DNA from: Octopus vulgaris
Lineage: Eukaryota
DNA length: 64,000 bases
Direction: 5' to 3'
Assembly (NCBI GenBank): GCA_951406725.2
Contig: OX597814.1
Coordinates: forward strand, 106,888,001-106,952,000
Part shown: positions 1 through 11,761 of the stretch, one piece after another
Layout of the letters: each line of letters opens with the position of its first letter
How positions within the stretch are numbered: the stretch's first letter is position 1
Notes under the pieces: generated by a model
Database searches by the model: none
Told to the model about the DNA's origin: nothing
What the model saw: the letters and a program-made list of their open reading frames with translations, nothing else
Made by a program: the position numbers and the translations under genes

Positions 1-464
1 TTATAATGTAACTCACTTTATCTGCGGCTATAACTTCATACGTATACATTATTCTTATATGTATATACATATATATAGCATTATTAGTATATATTTTATA
101 CATATTATATGTGTGCGTATGTATGTATATACGCTTTACTCTTTACTCTTTTACTTGTTTCAGTCATTTGACTACGGCCATGCTGGAGCACCGTCTTTAG
201 TCGATCGAGCAAATCGACCCCAAGACTTATTCTTTGTAATCCTAGTACTTATTCTATCGGTCTCTTTTGCCGAACCGCTAAGTTACAGGGACGTAAACAC
301 ACCAGCATCGGTTGTCAAGCGATGTTGGGGGAACAAACAGAGACACACAATCATATCCACACACATACACATATACATAAACACATACACACACACATAC
401 ACATATATATATATACATAAATATATACATATATGTGTGTGTATATATATATATATAAGTATAT

Positions 465-529
<65 letters not shown>

Positions 530-947
530 TGCATATATGTGTATGTGTGTGTATTCTTTTATTCTTTTTTGTTTCACTTGTCTCAGTCATTTGACCGCAG
601 CCATGCTGGGGCACCGCCTTGACGGGCTGTTTTTATTATAGTCGAACAAATAGACCCCAGGACTTATTTCTTAAACCTAGCACTGATGCTATCGGTCTCT
701 TTTGCCGAACCACTAAGTGACAGAAACGTAAACACACCAACACCGGTTGTCAAGCGGTAACAAGGGAACAAACACGCATATGCTTACATCCAACCATCTA
801 AACGTGCGCGCACACACATATATATGCATATATATATGTACATCTATATATATATGTATATATATATGTGCATATGCATTTATTTATATATTATTTATGT
901 TATTATATATATGTACATATATATACATACATTTATATACATACATT

Positions 948-1064
<117 letters not shown>

Positions 1065-1190
1065 ATACATATAAAAGTAAATAAATGGTACAACGAAGTA
1101 CCGATATTTACTGGAAAATAGCGATCGTAATATATATATATATATATATATATTCATGCATATATATCCGTTGAGGGGATATATAAAATC

Positions 1191-1559
1191 GGATCTTTTC
1201 TTTTTGAAAGCCAGATTTTCCTAGTTAACTAAACAATTTGAAACTTCGTATACTGGTAGAATGTGTCAAAAGAAAACATAATTGTAAACCAAAATGAAAA
1301 CGGAATTGTAATTTCTAAGTTTAACGTTGTTTACAAATTCGAATTTTAACCAATGATATTCTTTCTTTCGGCCTCATATTATTTACTGCTTCTCAAAATA
1401 TTGTTACTGTGACGTAAACAGCTATTTTGTGACGTAGTTAACGTAAACATGTAAATAGCTAACTAAAATGTAAACATCTCCGCTTATCATAAACTTCTTG
1501 GAGTATATATAAAATTTGTGTAGATCCTAAATAGCTACACACACATGTATACAAACATA

Positions 1560-1604
<45 letters not shown>

Positions 1605-1789
1605 CTATACACACATTTTCTAATGCATATATGTGTATATATTTATAATGTGTGTGTATTATAGATGCATACATTATATATATATATAAAAGATGTTTAC
1701 ATACAATATATATATGTTATATACATCTACATGTATATGTATGTATGAATATATAAGTACCACAGAATTTGGATCAAACTGTTTTGATC

Positions 1790-1827
<38 letters not shown>

Positions 1828-2344
1828 AACACTACCATCCATGAGACATCCTAACATAATCAATGCTACTACTACTATCATCATCATTATCATCATCATC
1901 CACTGCCGCCACCACCGCCACCACCACCACCACCACCTCTACAAAAACACCAACACTATAATTGCTGCCATCATACACATCCACTGTCACCACTACCACC
2001 ACTGCCATGATAACCACATCTACCACAGCTGTTTGCTTACTGCTTACCCACTCACAAAATAGCTATCTACGTCACATTAACACTATGCAGCTAATAATTT
2101 CAAATGAAAACAGACAATATGATTGGTTAAGGATAGAATAAGTACTGGGCTTACAAAAAGAATAAGTCCCGGGTCGAGTTGCTCGATTAAAGGCGATGCT
2201 CCAGCATGGCCGCGGTCAAGAGTAACATTAAAAGTAAAATATGTTTTATATGACACATTAGGGTTAGGGTTAGTGTCCGAAGGTTGAAAGTGTTTAGTTA
2301 CAAAAAATATATTTCTCGATCTGCCGTTGAAAGGGTAAAGATCC
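1191..2344. mobile_element. ends of the same GGATCTTTT-TIR family with nested simple repeats
   Basis: ends similar to the TIRs at 60924/61718; TSD not evident. Confidence 0.5.
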
Positions 2345-3705
2345 CTTATATTATTTATTTAAACCCTTTACAAACTAGAAGGGTTATGGGTCAAGAGGAA
2401 AATACATCAATCAAATGTTGGGAAGGCCATCGATTGAATAAAACAACATTGTTCCTCAACAGAATAATAAGGCTCTATAGTTAGGGGAAAATTTACCCAT
2501 TCAGTTTCAAAACTCAGGTGGAGCCAAAAGAGGTCTCTACACATACATACGTATACACACACACACACACACATACATACATATATCCAGACAACTTCAG
2601 CTTTTATATATATATATATATATATATATACCGCTTGGATCGCTTTCAATGCCACTACGTCCCGTCCGATTCGCTCCAAAATTTACAGGGACATGTAGAA
2701 ATAGGTGACGAAGCTCGTGGGCTACCTTAGAAATCCCTATCTTAAAAGGTGTGGTTGCTAGGGGCCATCTTCCTCACTCAAGCTATTTCCTCCAGTACCC
2801 TCTCACTCCCCTTCATATATAACTTTGAGAAGTCCACTACCGTTATTTAAAGTATCTGTCACTCTCGCTATTTCCTCTCTTTTTCACTCACTCTGTTTCT
2901 TACCTTCCCATTACATCGGCGTTCTTCTACGTATCTGTCTGTCACCAACAACACACGAGCATGAGAACAAATATTATGAATCAGATATTCTTGCGTTCAT
3001 TTATATGTATGTGTGTGTGTGTGTGTTCTATATATAAATATGAATATATAATGTATGTGTGTGTGTGTGTTCTATATATGAATATGTATAAATAATGTAT
3101 GTGTGTGTGTGAGTGTGTTCTATATATAAATATGTATATATAATGTATGTGTGTGTGTGTGTGTTCTATATATAAATATGTATATATAATGTATATATAC
3201 AAAGTGTATATATCTGTAGTTATGTATATTAAACTTTTTCATACTTTTTCATAGTTATATATATTTTTAAACAAATTATAAATATAATTTAATAATTTTT
3301 ATTTTCAATTTAATTTAAATTTTTCAATTTTATATTTTTTATATTATATATTTTTTTATGTTTTTGTTTTTGGTTTTTCACTGTTTGATTTGCCTAAAAA
3401 TTCCATTTTTCACTTTTATGATTATACCCAGAGTGCTCTAATCGAATATGAACTGTCTTCCCATTGGCGGACGTTTGTCTTTTTTATTTTTGAAACGAAC
3501 ACATTGCCTCTTTCGTTTTAAAACAATAAAACAATACTACCTTAATACATTGGTCCAACAAACAAAACATCACCCACTCTCATTCTTTTATGTATCTGAG
3601 AATGTGTGTCTGTCTGTCTGTGTGTTTCCCTAAAACTTGAGAACTACATAACCAATTTCATTCAAATTTTACACATGACTTATTTAGGGTATAAGGAGTG
3701 TGTTG

Positions 3706-3910
3706 AGCTGGGCTCTGGGCGCCATTGGGCTCACTGTCCACGGCTACGAGACCACAGTGAGCGCTTTGGCGACCAGAGCTCGCTCTGGGCGCCATTGGGC
3801 TCACTGTCTACGGCTACGAGACCACAGTGAGCGCTATGGCGACCAGAGCTCGCTCTGGGCGCCATTGGGCTCACTGTCCACGGCTACGAGACCACAGTGA
3901 GCGCTATGGC
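3706..3910. repeat. GC-rich 70-bp tandem repeat, ~3 copies, each self-complementary
   Basis: unit GAGCTCGCTCTGGGCGCCATTGGGCTCACTGTCCACGGCTACGAGACCACAGTGAGCGCTATGGCGACCA. Confidence 0.9.
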
Positions 3911-4687
3911 TTTGGTCTTACCACTATAGACAAGAGGCGAGGCGAGGCGAGGCTTGGCTTGGCTTGGCTTTTGAAAGAGAGGAAGAAGAATTATAATTAC
4001 ATAGAGAACTATAGTGTGAAGGCAGCATATAAAAAAAACAACCCTTCCTTAGTTGTTGGCAGTTTTACCTACTCCGCATTGCAACAAGATGTGTCTTCGT
4101 TAAAGCAATTGCTCACCCAAAGCAATTTAGATAAAATTTGACATACGTGGAACGTCAAAGCTGCTAACAAAATCAGGACAGTCAAAATTTTCGCTAAGGG
4201 CTGTTTAACCCTAACGAGGTGACGTGGTGAACGCTGCAGAAAGAAAGCTTTGTCAAGAGACAGACGGGAATGCATGAACGAAAAGAAAAAGAATTACATT
4301 TAGAAATAGATCTATAGTTATTGAGGACAGAATTTCTATTAGAAATAGAGAACTATAAATATTGAATTATGCATAAAGCGCTGACTTACATTCGGGGCTT
4401 CCAATTTCTCTGTAAAATATAAGATTGTCGCAAAATCATCGCACATGTCACCATCGATTACAAATGCCGGTGGAAGATAAACATTCAAGAGGACATTCTT
4501 GTTCTTTCGTTCGTACAAGGATCGTATTATGTTTCGGCTTAAAATAAATTATAGATACAAATATAATGTATAGAAATATATAAAAACCAGAATAGAAAAT
4601 AAACATCTTAGGCATATAAAATGAGATAACATGAGATATCAAGGTGTTATAAACTTGAAACTTACTAGACTATCATAGATTATATAT

Positions 4688-7264
4688 ATCAAGTCATCCA
4701 GTCAGTTCTGTCCAATTTTACCTGTTTTTTAGATTTGAATGAAATTTAATAGTATTTGCAAATGTCTAATTCAATTAAAAATTATTTTTATGCATTTGTG
4801 TACGTTTAAACTAATTCAATATTGTTTTACATAATAATAGACGGTGTCCACAAAGTCTGCGTACATGGGAATTAACACATACTTTTAAAACAAAACAATT
4901 TTATTTAATTATAATGTTAATAAATAATAATAAGTGATTTCCATCATTTTCAATGCATAAATTGATGCGCCTTGCAAAATTCAGGTGAACTTGTTTAAAT
5001 AAGTCTACATTGCCATCAATTTAAGCACACTGACTGGTAATGCGTTCTCTCGTGTGTTTTAAATCTCTAATCTTTATTGAGTAAACTTTCTCTTTCAACA
5101 TACCCCAGAAAAAGAAATCAAGGGGAGAAAGGTCTGGTGAACGAGGGGACCATTCCATATGACCCCTTCTTCCAATCTAGTGAGGAGGAAAAGTGTCATT
5201 AAATCAATCTCTAACAGTTGTGGCAAAATGGGTAGGGGCTCCATCCTGCTGAAACCAATTCGGAAGGCCCTCGCCTAGGCGCTCAATTTAAGATATTAAT
5301 TTGTCTCTCAATATATTTGTATAAGTCTCATCCGTTACATGTTCAATGAAGAAGGGTCCTAGAATATGAGCTTTCCAAAAACCACACCATACCATCACCT
5401 TTTTGCTGTCTTGCTGTTTGGATAGATCCATCCAATGTGGATTACCTCGAGACCAGTATAGAAAATTCTGTCTGTTGACCTCACCATTTACATAAAACGT
5501 AGCTTTGTCACTGAACAACACAAAGTTTTCGTAAAATTGATATTTTCATCCAATTTATCTGAAAACTATTCGCACGTCTACATTCGTCTATCAGGATCGT
5601 CTTCATTTAAGTGATGCAATATCTGTAGGTTGTATCGATGAAACTTTTCCTCAACCAGCATTTTGTAGATGGTTGGTTTTGGAAAACCTAACACCGTAGA
5701 TGTCCGACGAAGTGATTTTTTGGGGCTAGCTAGCAGAAACTTTAGCCTCGACAGCCTCTTTAGTTTCATCTGAAGTCTTTGGTCGCCCGGAACGGGGTTT
5801 ATCCGAAACACTGCCTGTTTCTTTAAATGTCTTGATCAATTTCCTGACGGCTGTAAAATAAATAGGTTGCCTACAAGGGTGTGGAAGATTAAATTCTTCC
5901 GCAATTTTGCGATAAGACCATCCCTCTCGTCCACTTAATAATACTAACTCGATTCTTTCTTCTTTAGACAGATTCATCATTCGATCTGGGATTCTTTCTT
6001 CTTTAGACAGAGCCATCATTCGATCATCTGTAGAAAAAATAACAAATAAATTTAGAAAAGTAAAGTATTTTTTTCATTTAATTTAAACAAAAGTAAAAAA
6101 GGAAAATTATTATTTCTTATGTTATGATTTTATTCCATAAACCCAGACTTCGTGGACACCCTAAAATTGCTTTGATTAAAACCCTTTCAACATGGAAGTA
6201 TCCAAGGAGCATTTAAGGCACATATAATTCTTTATGAGTACAATAAAGGTAACTCTGCTGCCGAAGTGACTCGAAACATACACTCAGTTTATGGCAAAGT
6301 GCTCGAATGAAAGAACTTGCAGGAGATCGTCTGCAAAATTGAAGATGAATATCGAACAGGATGTCCAGTTGAGTTTGACAAGCTCATTGAGGCACTACTT
6401 GAAGAAAATCCGTCATTATCAGTTGAAGAATTGGCAATAAAGCTTACTTCAAACCATACAACAGTTCATCGTCATCTTCAACAACGTGGAAAGATTCCTA
6501 AACTTGGAAAATAGGTGCCTTATGTATTGTCCGAAAGCAACCGCAAATCCCGAGTTGGCATCTGCTCTTCTCTCCATTCTCGCAAACTCATTTCACCCTT
6601 TTTCGATAGACTTGTGATGAAAAATGGATTTTCTATCGAAATGTTAGACGTCGTAAACAGTGGCTTGGTAAAAGGGAAAATTCTCAACCACAACCGAGAA
6701 GGGAACTTCATGGGAAAAAGGTTCTACTCTCTATCTGGTGCGATTGCAAAGGCGTAATTCACTTTATATTGTTACCACCTAATGCAACAATCAATGCTCA
6801 AGTCTACTGTCAGCAATTAGAGCGTTTGAATCAAGCTTTGAAGGAAAAAAGAGCCGCTTTAGTGAGTCGAAAACGAGTGATGTTTCATCAGGACAATGCG
6901 CAACCCCACACTGCAAAGATCACATCACAGAAGATCGAAGGGGTCGGTTTGGAAAAATTTCTTCATCCAACTTATTCTCCCGACCTTACTCCTTCAGGAT
7001 ACTATTTGTTTCATAGTTTACAGAATTAGTAGGGGGATACAACTTTCGCAAGCCAGGGGGAGGTCGAACCTGACATTTCAGAGTTCTTCGCTTTGAAACC
7101 AAAAGAGTTTTACGTTGATGGGATTAAAAAGCTTGTAAATAGATGGAGGTAAGTCATAGATAATTAGGGAAAGTACATTGATGATTAACATTCAATTAAA
7201 TATAACATTTGATCACTTGTATTCTTTATCCAAAATTCAGACAGAACTTATGGGATGACCTGAG
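4688..7264 (+). mobile_element. mariner (DD34D-type) fossil with nested DD41D element
   Basis: TIRs GTCATCCAGTCAGTTCTGTCCAATTT / AAATTCAGACAGAACTTATGGGATGAC; disrupted transposase ~6192-7186 (MEVSKEHLRH..., HQDNAQPH, YSPDLTPS). Confidence 0.85.
4840..6164 (-). mobile_element. Tc1/mariner DD41D (rosa/VS-type) fossil
   Basis: TIRs GGTGTCCACAAAGTCTG / CAGACTTCGTGGACACC; FSD..FQQDGAP..SPDLSPLD with 41 residues between D2 and D3; stops and frameshifts. Confidence 0.85.
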
Positions 7265-7662
7265 ATATATACACTGGCGAAAATATATTTAAGACAGACG
7301 ATAAAAGTTCTATTTCTTACAAAATATTTTGTTACTAACACCGTACAAATTATTTTTATCTTTTACACCTTATGCAAAATTTATTTCGCTTTCGAATGAT
7401 GCAGACAATAACCATTTTTATACAACTTGAAGAATTCTAATGCTAAATATAATTTTAATGGAGATAACCTGCAGTATATAGTACAACATTTTTGTCTCCG
7501 TATATGAGCTAAGTATTAATAAAATGTGGTATACGATAAAAATTTCGGATATTTGTCTTAAAACATTCAGACAAGAAAATTCAGATGTAGCACATGAGGT
7601 ATTATTCCATACGAATATCCACATATTTATATTAAGAATTTCATGATAAAAATATAGAAATA

Positions 7663-8229
7663 TTGGGTTGTCCGGAAAGTTCTTGCAGATTTATAGTAGC
7701 TTATCTTTCGACTTATTTTAGAACATGTTCGAGTCCATAAAATAGGATTTGACTACACCTCCATTTGGAGCACAGTTTAATCTATCTTTTCGTGGAAGAA
7801 GGTTTATGTTCCAATAACCTGTGTTAATTCTGTAACCCTTTAAATTAAAAGATGAGAAAAATTCATTATCAGCATTTGATGCTTTGGGAACCAGACAAAA
7901 ATTGCTGCAGCTTGGCTGGGGTGACTTACCCCACCCTCCATATTCACCAGATATTACTCCTTCGGATTTCCACTTATTCAGGTCTCTGCAGAATAGTCTT
8001 AATGGTGAAAATTTCAATTCCTTAGATGACGTAAAAAGATACCTTGATGAATTATTTGCCTTGAAACCACCCCAATTCTGGGAAGAGGGTATTTTTAAGG
8101 TAAAGGTAAGATGGAGACGTATTGTGCAACGAAATGGTTTAGATTTGGTTCATTAAAAATGTAATGGCAAGTATTTAGTGACCATGTACTTTCCTTTAAA
8201 AATCGGAACAAACTTTCCGGACAACCCAA
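7663..8229 (+). mobile_element. internally deleted mariner
   Basis: TA-flanked TIRs TTGGGTTGTCCGGAAAGT; retains HPPYSPDITPSDFHLF. Confidence 0.88.
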
Positions 8230-8453
8230 TATAAACATAACAATGAAATACGAAAATAAACATGAAAAATAAAAACCTAAATGGAAAGAGGCGATTAAAT
8301 TTTTTTTCCTAACCTGCAGCCGTTTGTTGTACGAAGTATTCGAAATTCAGCCCTCCTTCCTCAGGGTTCCTATCTCGAGGTAAAATCCAGCAGAAAGCAG
8401 TAAGGCACTACATGGTGAGTATCCAAGTGGTATCGATGAATAAGTGACAGTGA

Positions 8454-10090
8454 TTTTTTATTACCCACTAGGGGCTACATAGAGGGGACGTTACAAACAT
8501 TGGGGACATAGAACATCACAATTACATAGATATGGGTAAAATGAAATATGAAAATGATATATGAAAGTGGTGCCAACGGCCCCATCCGCTAGCATCACTT
8601 ACCTGTCCTTTTTCACCCATTTCCAATTAGCATTCCTTGCTTACCTATCACACAGTTCATTTTTCTTTCAGCCCTCTCTATCATTTCATCCTTCATTTGC
8701 ACTGACTTCCAACACACACCCTCTTCCTCAAACCTTCTCACCAATATGCCCATATCATCACAATCCACAGCCGTGTAACTACAATCTTCATGTTCGTACC
8801 AATTGCTTAACACCCCTTTTGAGTTTTGTGTGTCTTTCCCACTTATAACACATAAAAAGTGGGTCTTGTGACTTTCTTTGTTCTGTGTCTGTTTTTGTTT
8901 TTCTTGTAGGCGGGGAGTGGGTGGAATCGCTATTTGCAGGGGAAGGATGGGACTCCAAGGGTGTGGGTGGTGTTGGGGTGGGTTGGGGCTTCGCACTGTT
9001 TTTCTTTTTCTTTCTTTTTCTCTTCTTTCTCCCTTCTTCCCACTCTTGCTGCATCTCCTCCTCCTCAGTTGCTTCCCTTTGTTAGGTTCTCCTTTTCTTC
9101 CTTCTTTTGGGGCTCCGTGACAGCTTCCTTTTCCTTTGGTGGGGGAGGGCAGTAGGCTCTTATGTGACCCCTCAGGCCACACTTATAGCACCTGGGCGCC
9201 CTACCCTCCACCCACACTCTCATAATAATGTTCCCAGTTCTTATACTGTCCGTCAGCTTTTCTATTATTTCCGCCTCCGTCTGTATGTTCATGTCTAATG
9301 TGGCACCTCTCACGCCTTCGTATTTCATAGTGGCGTGGAGGATGTCCACTTTATCTTCGTTTCCCTTGATCACCGCAGCCGTTATATATTCGCCCTCTAG
9401 GTGTGGAGGTATTCCCTCCACCCTAATTCTTGTGGTCCTTCTATTTAAATACGAGGGCAGCAAGTATATTTTTTCCGTCCTCACCACCTTGGCTGCTATA
9501 TTCCTGTCAACTTTCTCGCTTCTAAATTGCACCGTTATAGTTCCATATTCCAATCCTCTTGTCAGGTAAACGATTTCCTCTCCAGTCTGTTTCAGAGCCT
9601 CTTCAATGGCTTCCATATTAATTATTTCCATTTTTCTTCCTCCATTCATATATACTCTATATTTGATGGTTCTATGATTGAACCAGTCGCCGCGCCCTGC
9701 TGGAGGCGACAGCTCGACCTCGCCGTTCTCCTCCTCCTTCATAAACTCCTGGAAGCCCGGCAACTTAGCCAGGTCCACCTCTTTTTCTGTCGACTTCCTC
9801 GTTATTCCTGCGTAGGTACTTTCCATCTTTTCCACCGCTCTCTCCAACTCCTCCTCAGATGTCGATACTTCCGACGAACTTTCAGATAAATTTCTCCCTT
9901 CCATCTCATCCGTTTGGTAGAGGCGGCTCATAGTCGCCTCAGACCGAAAAACGGCCTCCCGAACAGAAACAGTGCGACACACAGAACCAGTGCGACGCGA
10001 AACCGCACCAACCGACGTTCAAACTCCACAACAACAACAATTCACTTTTTCTCCCTTTCACCGAATTTTACGAGCGCAAAAAAACGCGTC
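8454..10090 (-). mobile_element. ORF1-only non-LTR retroelement, copy A (diverged subfamily)
   Basis: 5' end GACGCGTTTTTTTGCGCTCG, ORF with RCYKCGLRGHIRAYC knuckle, 3' tail GTCCCCTCTATGTAGCCCCTAGTGGGTAATAAAAAA; no RT sequence. Confidence 0.8.
9065..9982 (-). pseudogene. gag/ORF1-like CCHC zinc-knuckle protein of copy A, frameshifted near C-terminus
   Basis: 305-aa ORF with CX2CX4HX4C; C-terminal homology to copy B continues in ORF 8788..9054. Confidence 0.75.
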
Positions 10091-11761
10091 TTTCTTTATT
10101 ACCCACCAGGGGGCGACACAGAGGGGGACACCACAAGACATGGGGACATAGAACATTACAATTAAATTTATGAAGAATGAGTTATTACATGAAAATAATG
10201 ATAATATGAAAGCGATGCTAAAGGCCCCATCCGTTAGCATCACTTACCTGTCCTTTGGTTTTCACTGTCACTTAAATGTTCATTCCCGATACGAAGACCT
10301 TCCATATCCATTCTTACTCCGAAATACTCCTCCATTTTTTCCACGAATTCATCGCTCATTCTTGTATCTTTCACCTCCCAATTCTCCCTTTCACACCTCA
10401 ACACAAACTCATCTATTTTCTTCTTTTCAATCACTGCATATCTGGTCTCACCTATTTCATACTATTTATACTCTTCCATTACCCTTTTAACTTCTTTCTG
10501 TTCAGTCATAGTACAAATGTTCGGCCTGGGTTCGATTTCAATCTCTTGTCTGTCTGTATTATTTTTTTTCTTTTGTTTTCTTGTTGGAGGGGAGCGGGTG
10601 GGTTCACTGTCTGCAGGGATAGGGTGGGTCTCAGAGGGTGTGGGTGGTGTTGGGGTGGATTGGTGTTCTATGTTATTTTCTTTTCCTCGTATTCTCCTCT
10701 TCCTCTTATTCCCAGCTTCTTTCCATTCCTGTGAATTCTCTTCTACTGTCTCCTTCTCCTCTGGTTTCTGCTTCTCTCTCTGTGGTTCGGAATCCATTTC
10801 TTTCACTGGGGGAGGGCAGTAGGCTCTTATGTGACCCCTCAGGCCACACTTGTAACAACGTGGAGCTCCGCCCTCCACCCACACTCTCATGATCACGTCT
10901 CCCAATCTGATGCTTTCCGCCAGGTCCACCAGCACATCGCTCTCCGCCTGCACGTTCAGTTCCACTGTCACGCCTCTCCAGCCCTCGGTCCCAACCGAGG
11001 CATGGAGGATATCCACCTCCTCCTCGCGGCCGCCGATCACAGCCGCCACAATCCACTCGGCCTCAACGCTTGGGGGCACTCCCTCCACCCCCACTCGTGT
11101 AATCCTTCCACCTAGATACGTAGGCAAAAGCGCTACCCTCTCGGACCCCACCGCCCTCGCCGCCATCTTCCCCGCCGCATTCCCACCCCTAAACTGCACC
11201 ACTACAGCACCATACTTTGATCCTCGAGTCAGAAAATTAATCTCCTCCTCCGCTCCTCTTAGCGCCTCCTCCATCCACTCCACGTTCACAACTTCCATCC
11301 TCTTCCCTTCGCTCGCGAACACCCTGCACATGATGGTCCCTCCATCGTACCATTCCTCTCCCTTGGGTGTCGGTGCTAGTTCGACCCCACCGCTGTCCTT
11401 CCTCATATATTTCTGGTAACCTGGCAGCTTGGCCAAGTCCAGCCCTTTCTCTTCCGCATTCTTGGTTACACCGGCATAGGTATAACCCAGCTTCTGGTCC
11501 ATTTTCCTCACTGCCATTTCTAGCTCCTCCTCAGACGTAGACAAGTCTGATAAAGACTCGAAAACTCCAGCCTTATTTCCCATCAGGAAAGGGTTGTCCA
11601 TTTCCTTCTGTCTGACAGACCGAAAACGGCCACCCGAACAGAAAAAGTGTAACTCGTAGAACCAGTGTAACGCGAAACCGCATCAACGACGTTCAAATTT
11701 CCACAACAACAATTCTTTTTGTTCTTTTTTAACGAATTTTACGAGCGCAAAAAAACGCGTC
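10091..11761 (-). mobile_element. ORF1-only non-LTR retroelement, copy B (A->G hypermutated tract)
   Basis: 1671 bp; same 5' end as copy A; 3' tail ending AATAAAGAAA abuts the 5' end of copy A. Confidence 0.85.
10462..11601 (-). CDS. gag/ORF1-like zinc-knuckle protein of copy B (379 aa; premature TAG, homologous frame continues to 10240)
   Basis: ORF track; CCHC knuckle; copy C reads EEYKWYEIG where B has EEYK*. Confidence 0.75.
   Translation of the reverse strand: MDNPFLMGNKAGVFESLSDLSTSEEELEMAVRKMDQKLGYTYAGVTKNAEEKGLDLAKLPGYQKYMRKDSGGVELAPTPKGEEWYDGGTIMCRVFASEGKRMEVVNVEWMEEALRGAEEEINFLTRGSKYGAVVVQFRGGNAAGKMAARAVGSERVALLPTYLGGRITRVGVEGVPPSVEAEWIVAAVIGGREEEVDILHASVGTEGWRGVTVELNVQAESDVLVDLAESIRLGDVIMRVWVEGGAPRCYKCGLRGHIRAYCPPPVKEMDSEPQREKQKPEEKETVEENSQEWKEAGNKRKRRIRGKENNIEHQSTPTPPTPSETHPIPADSEPTRSPPTRKQKKKNNTDRQEIEIEPRPNICTMTEQKEVKRVMEEYK

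Noticed and set aside
2257-2273. TTAGGG repeats
   Set aside because: Under three units inside a transposon end; not a telomere
3706-3910. CRISPR-like array
   Set aside because: Contiguous tandem units without unique spacers, no cas genes, eukaryotic context
4069-4235. Exon-like segments at 4069-4235(-), 8320-8414(+), 16480-16620 and 24786-24946(+)
   Set aside because: Plausible splice signals but no recognisable protein and no consistent gene model
10940-11421. CpG decay or ordinary divergence as the cause of the B/C differences
   Set aside because: Only ~7 of ~51 sites are at CpG, changes are strand-specific and one-directional, and the flanks are nearly identical
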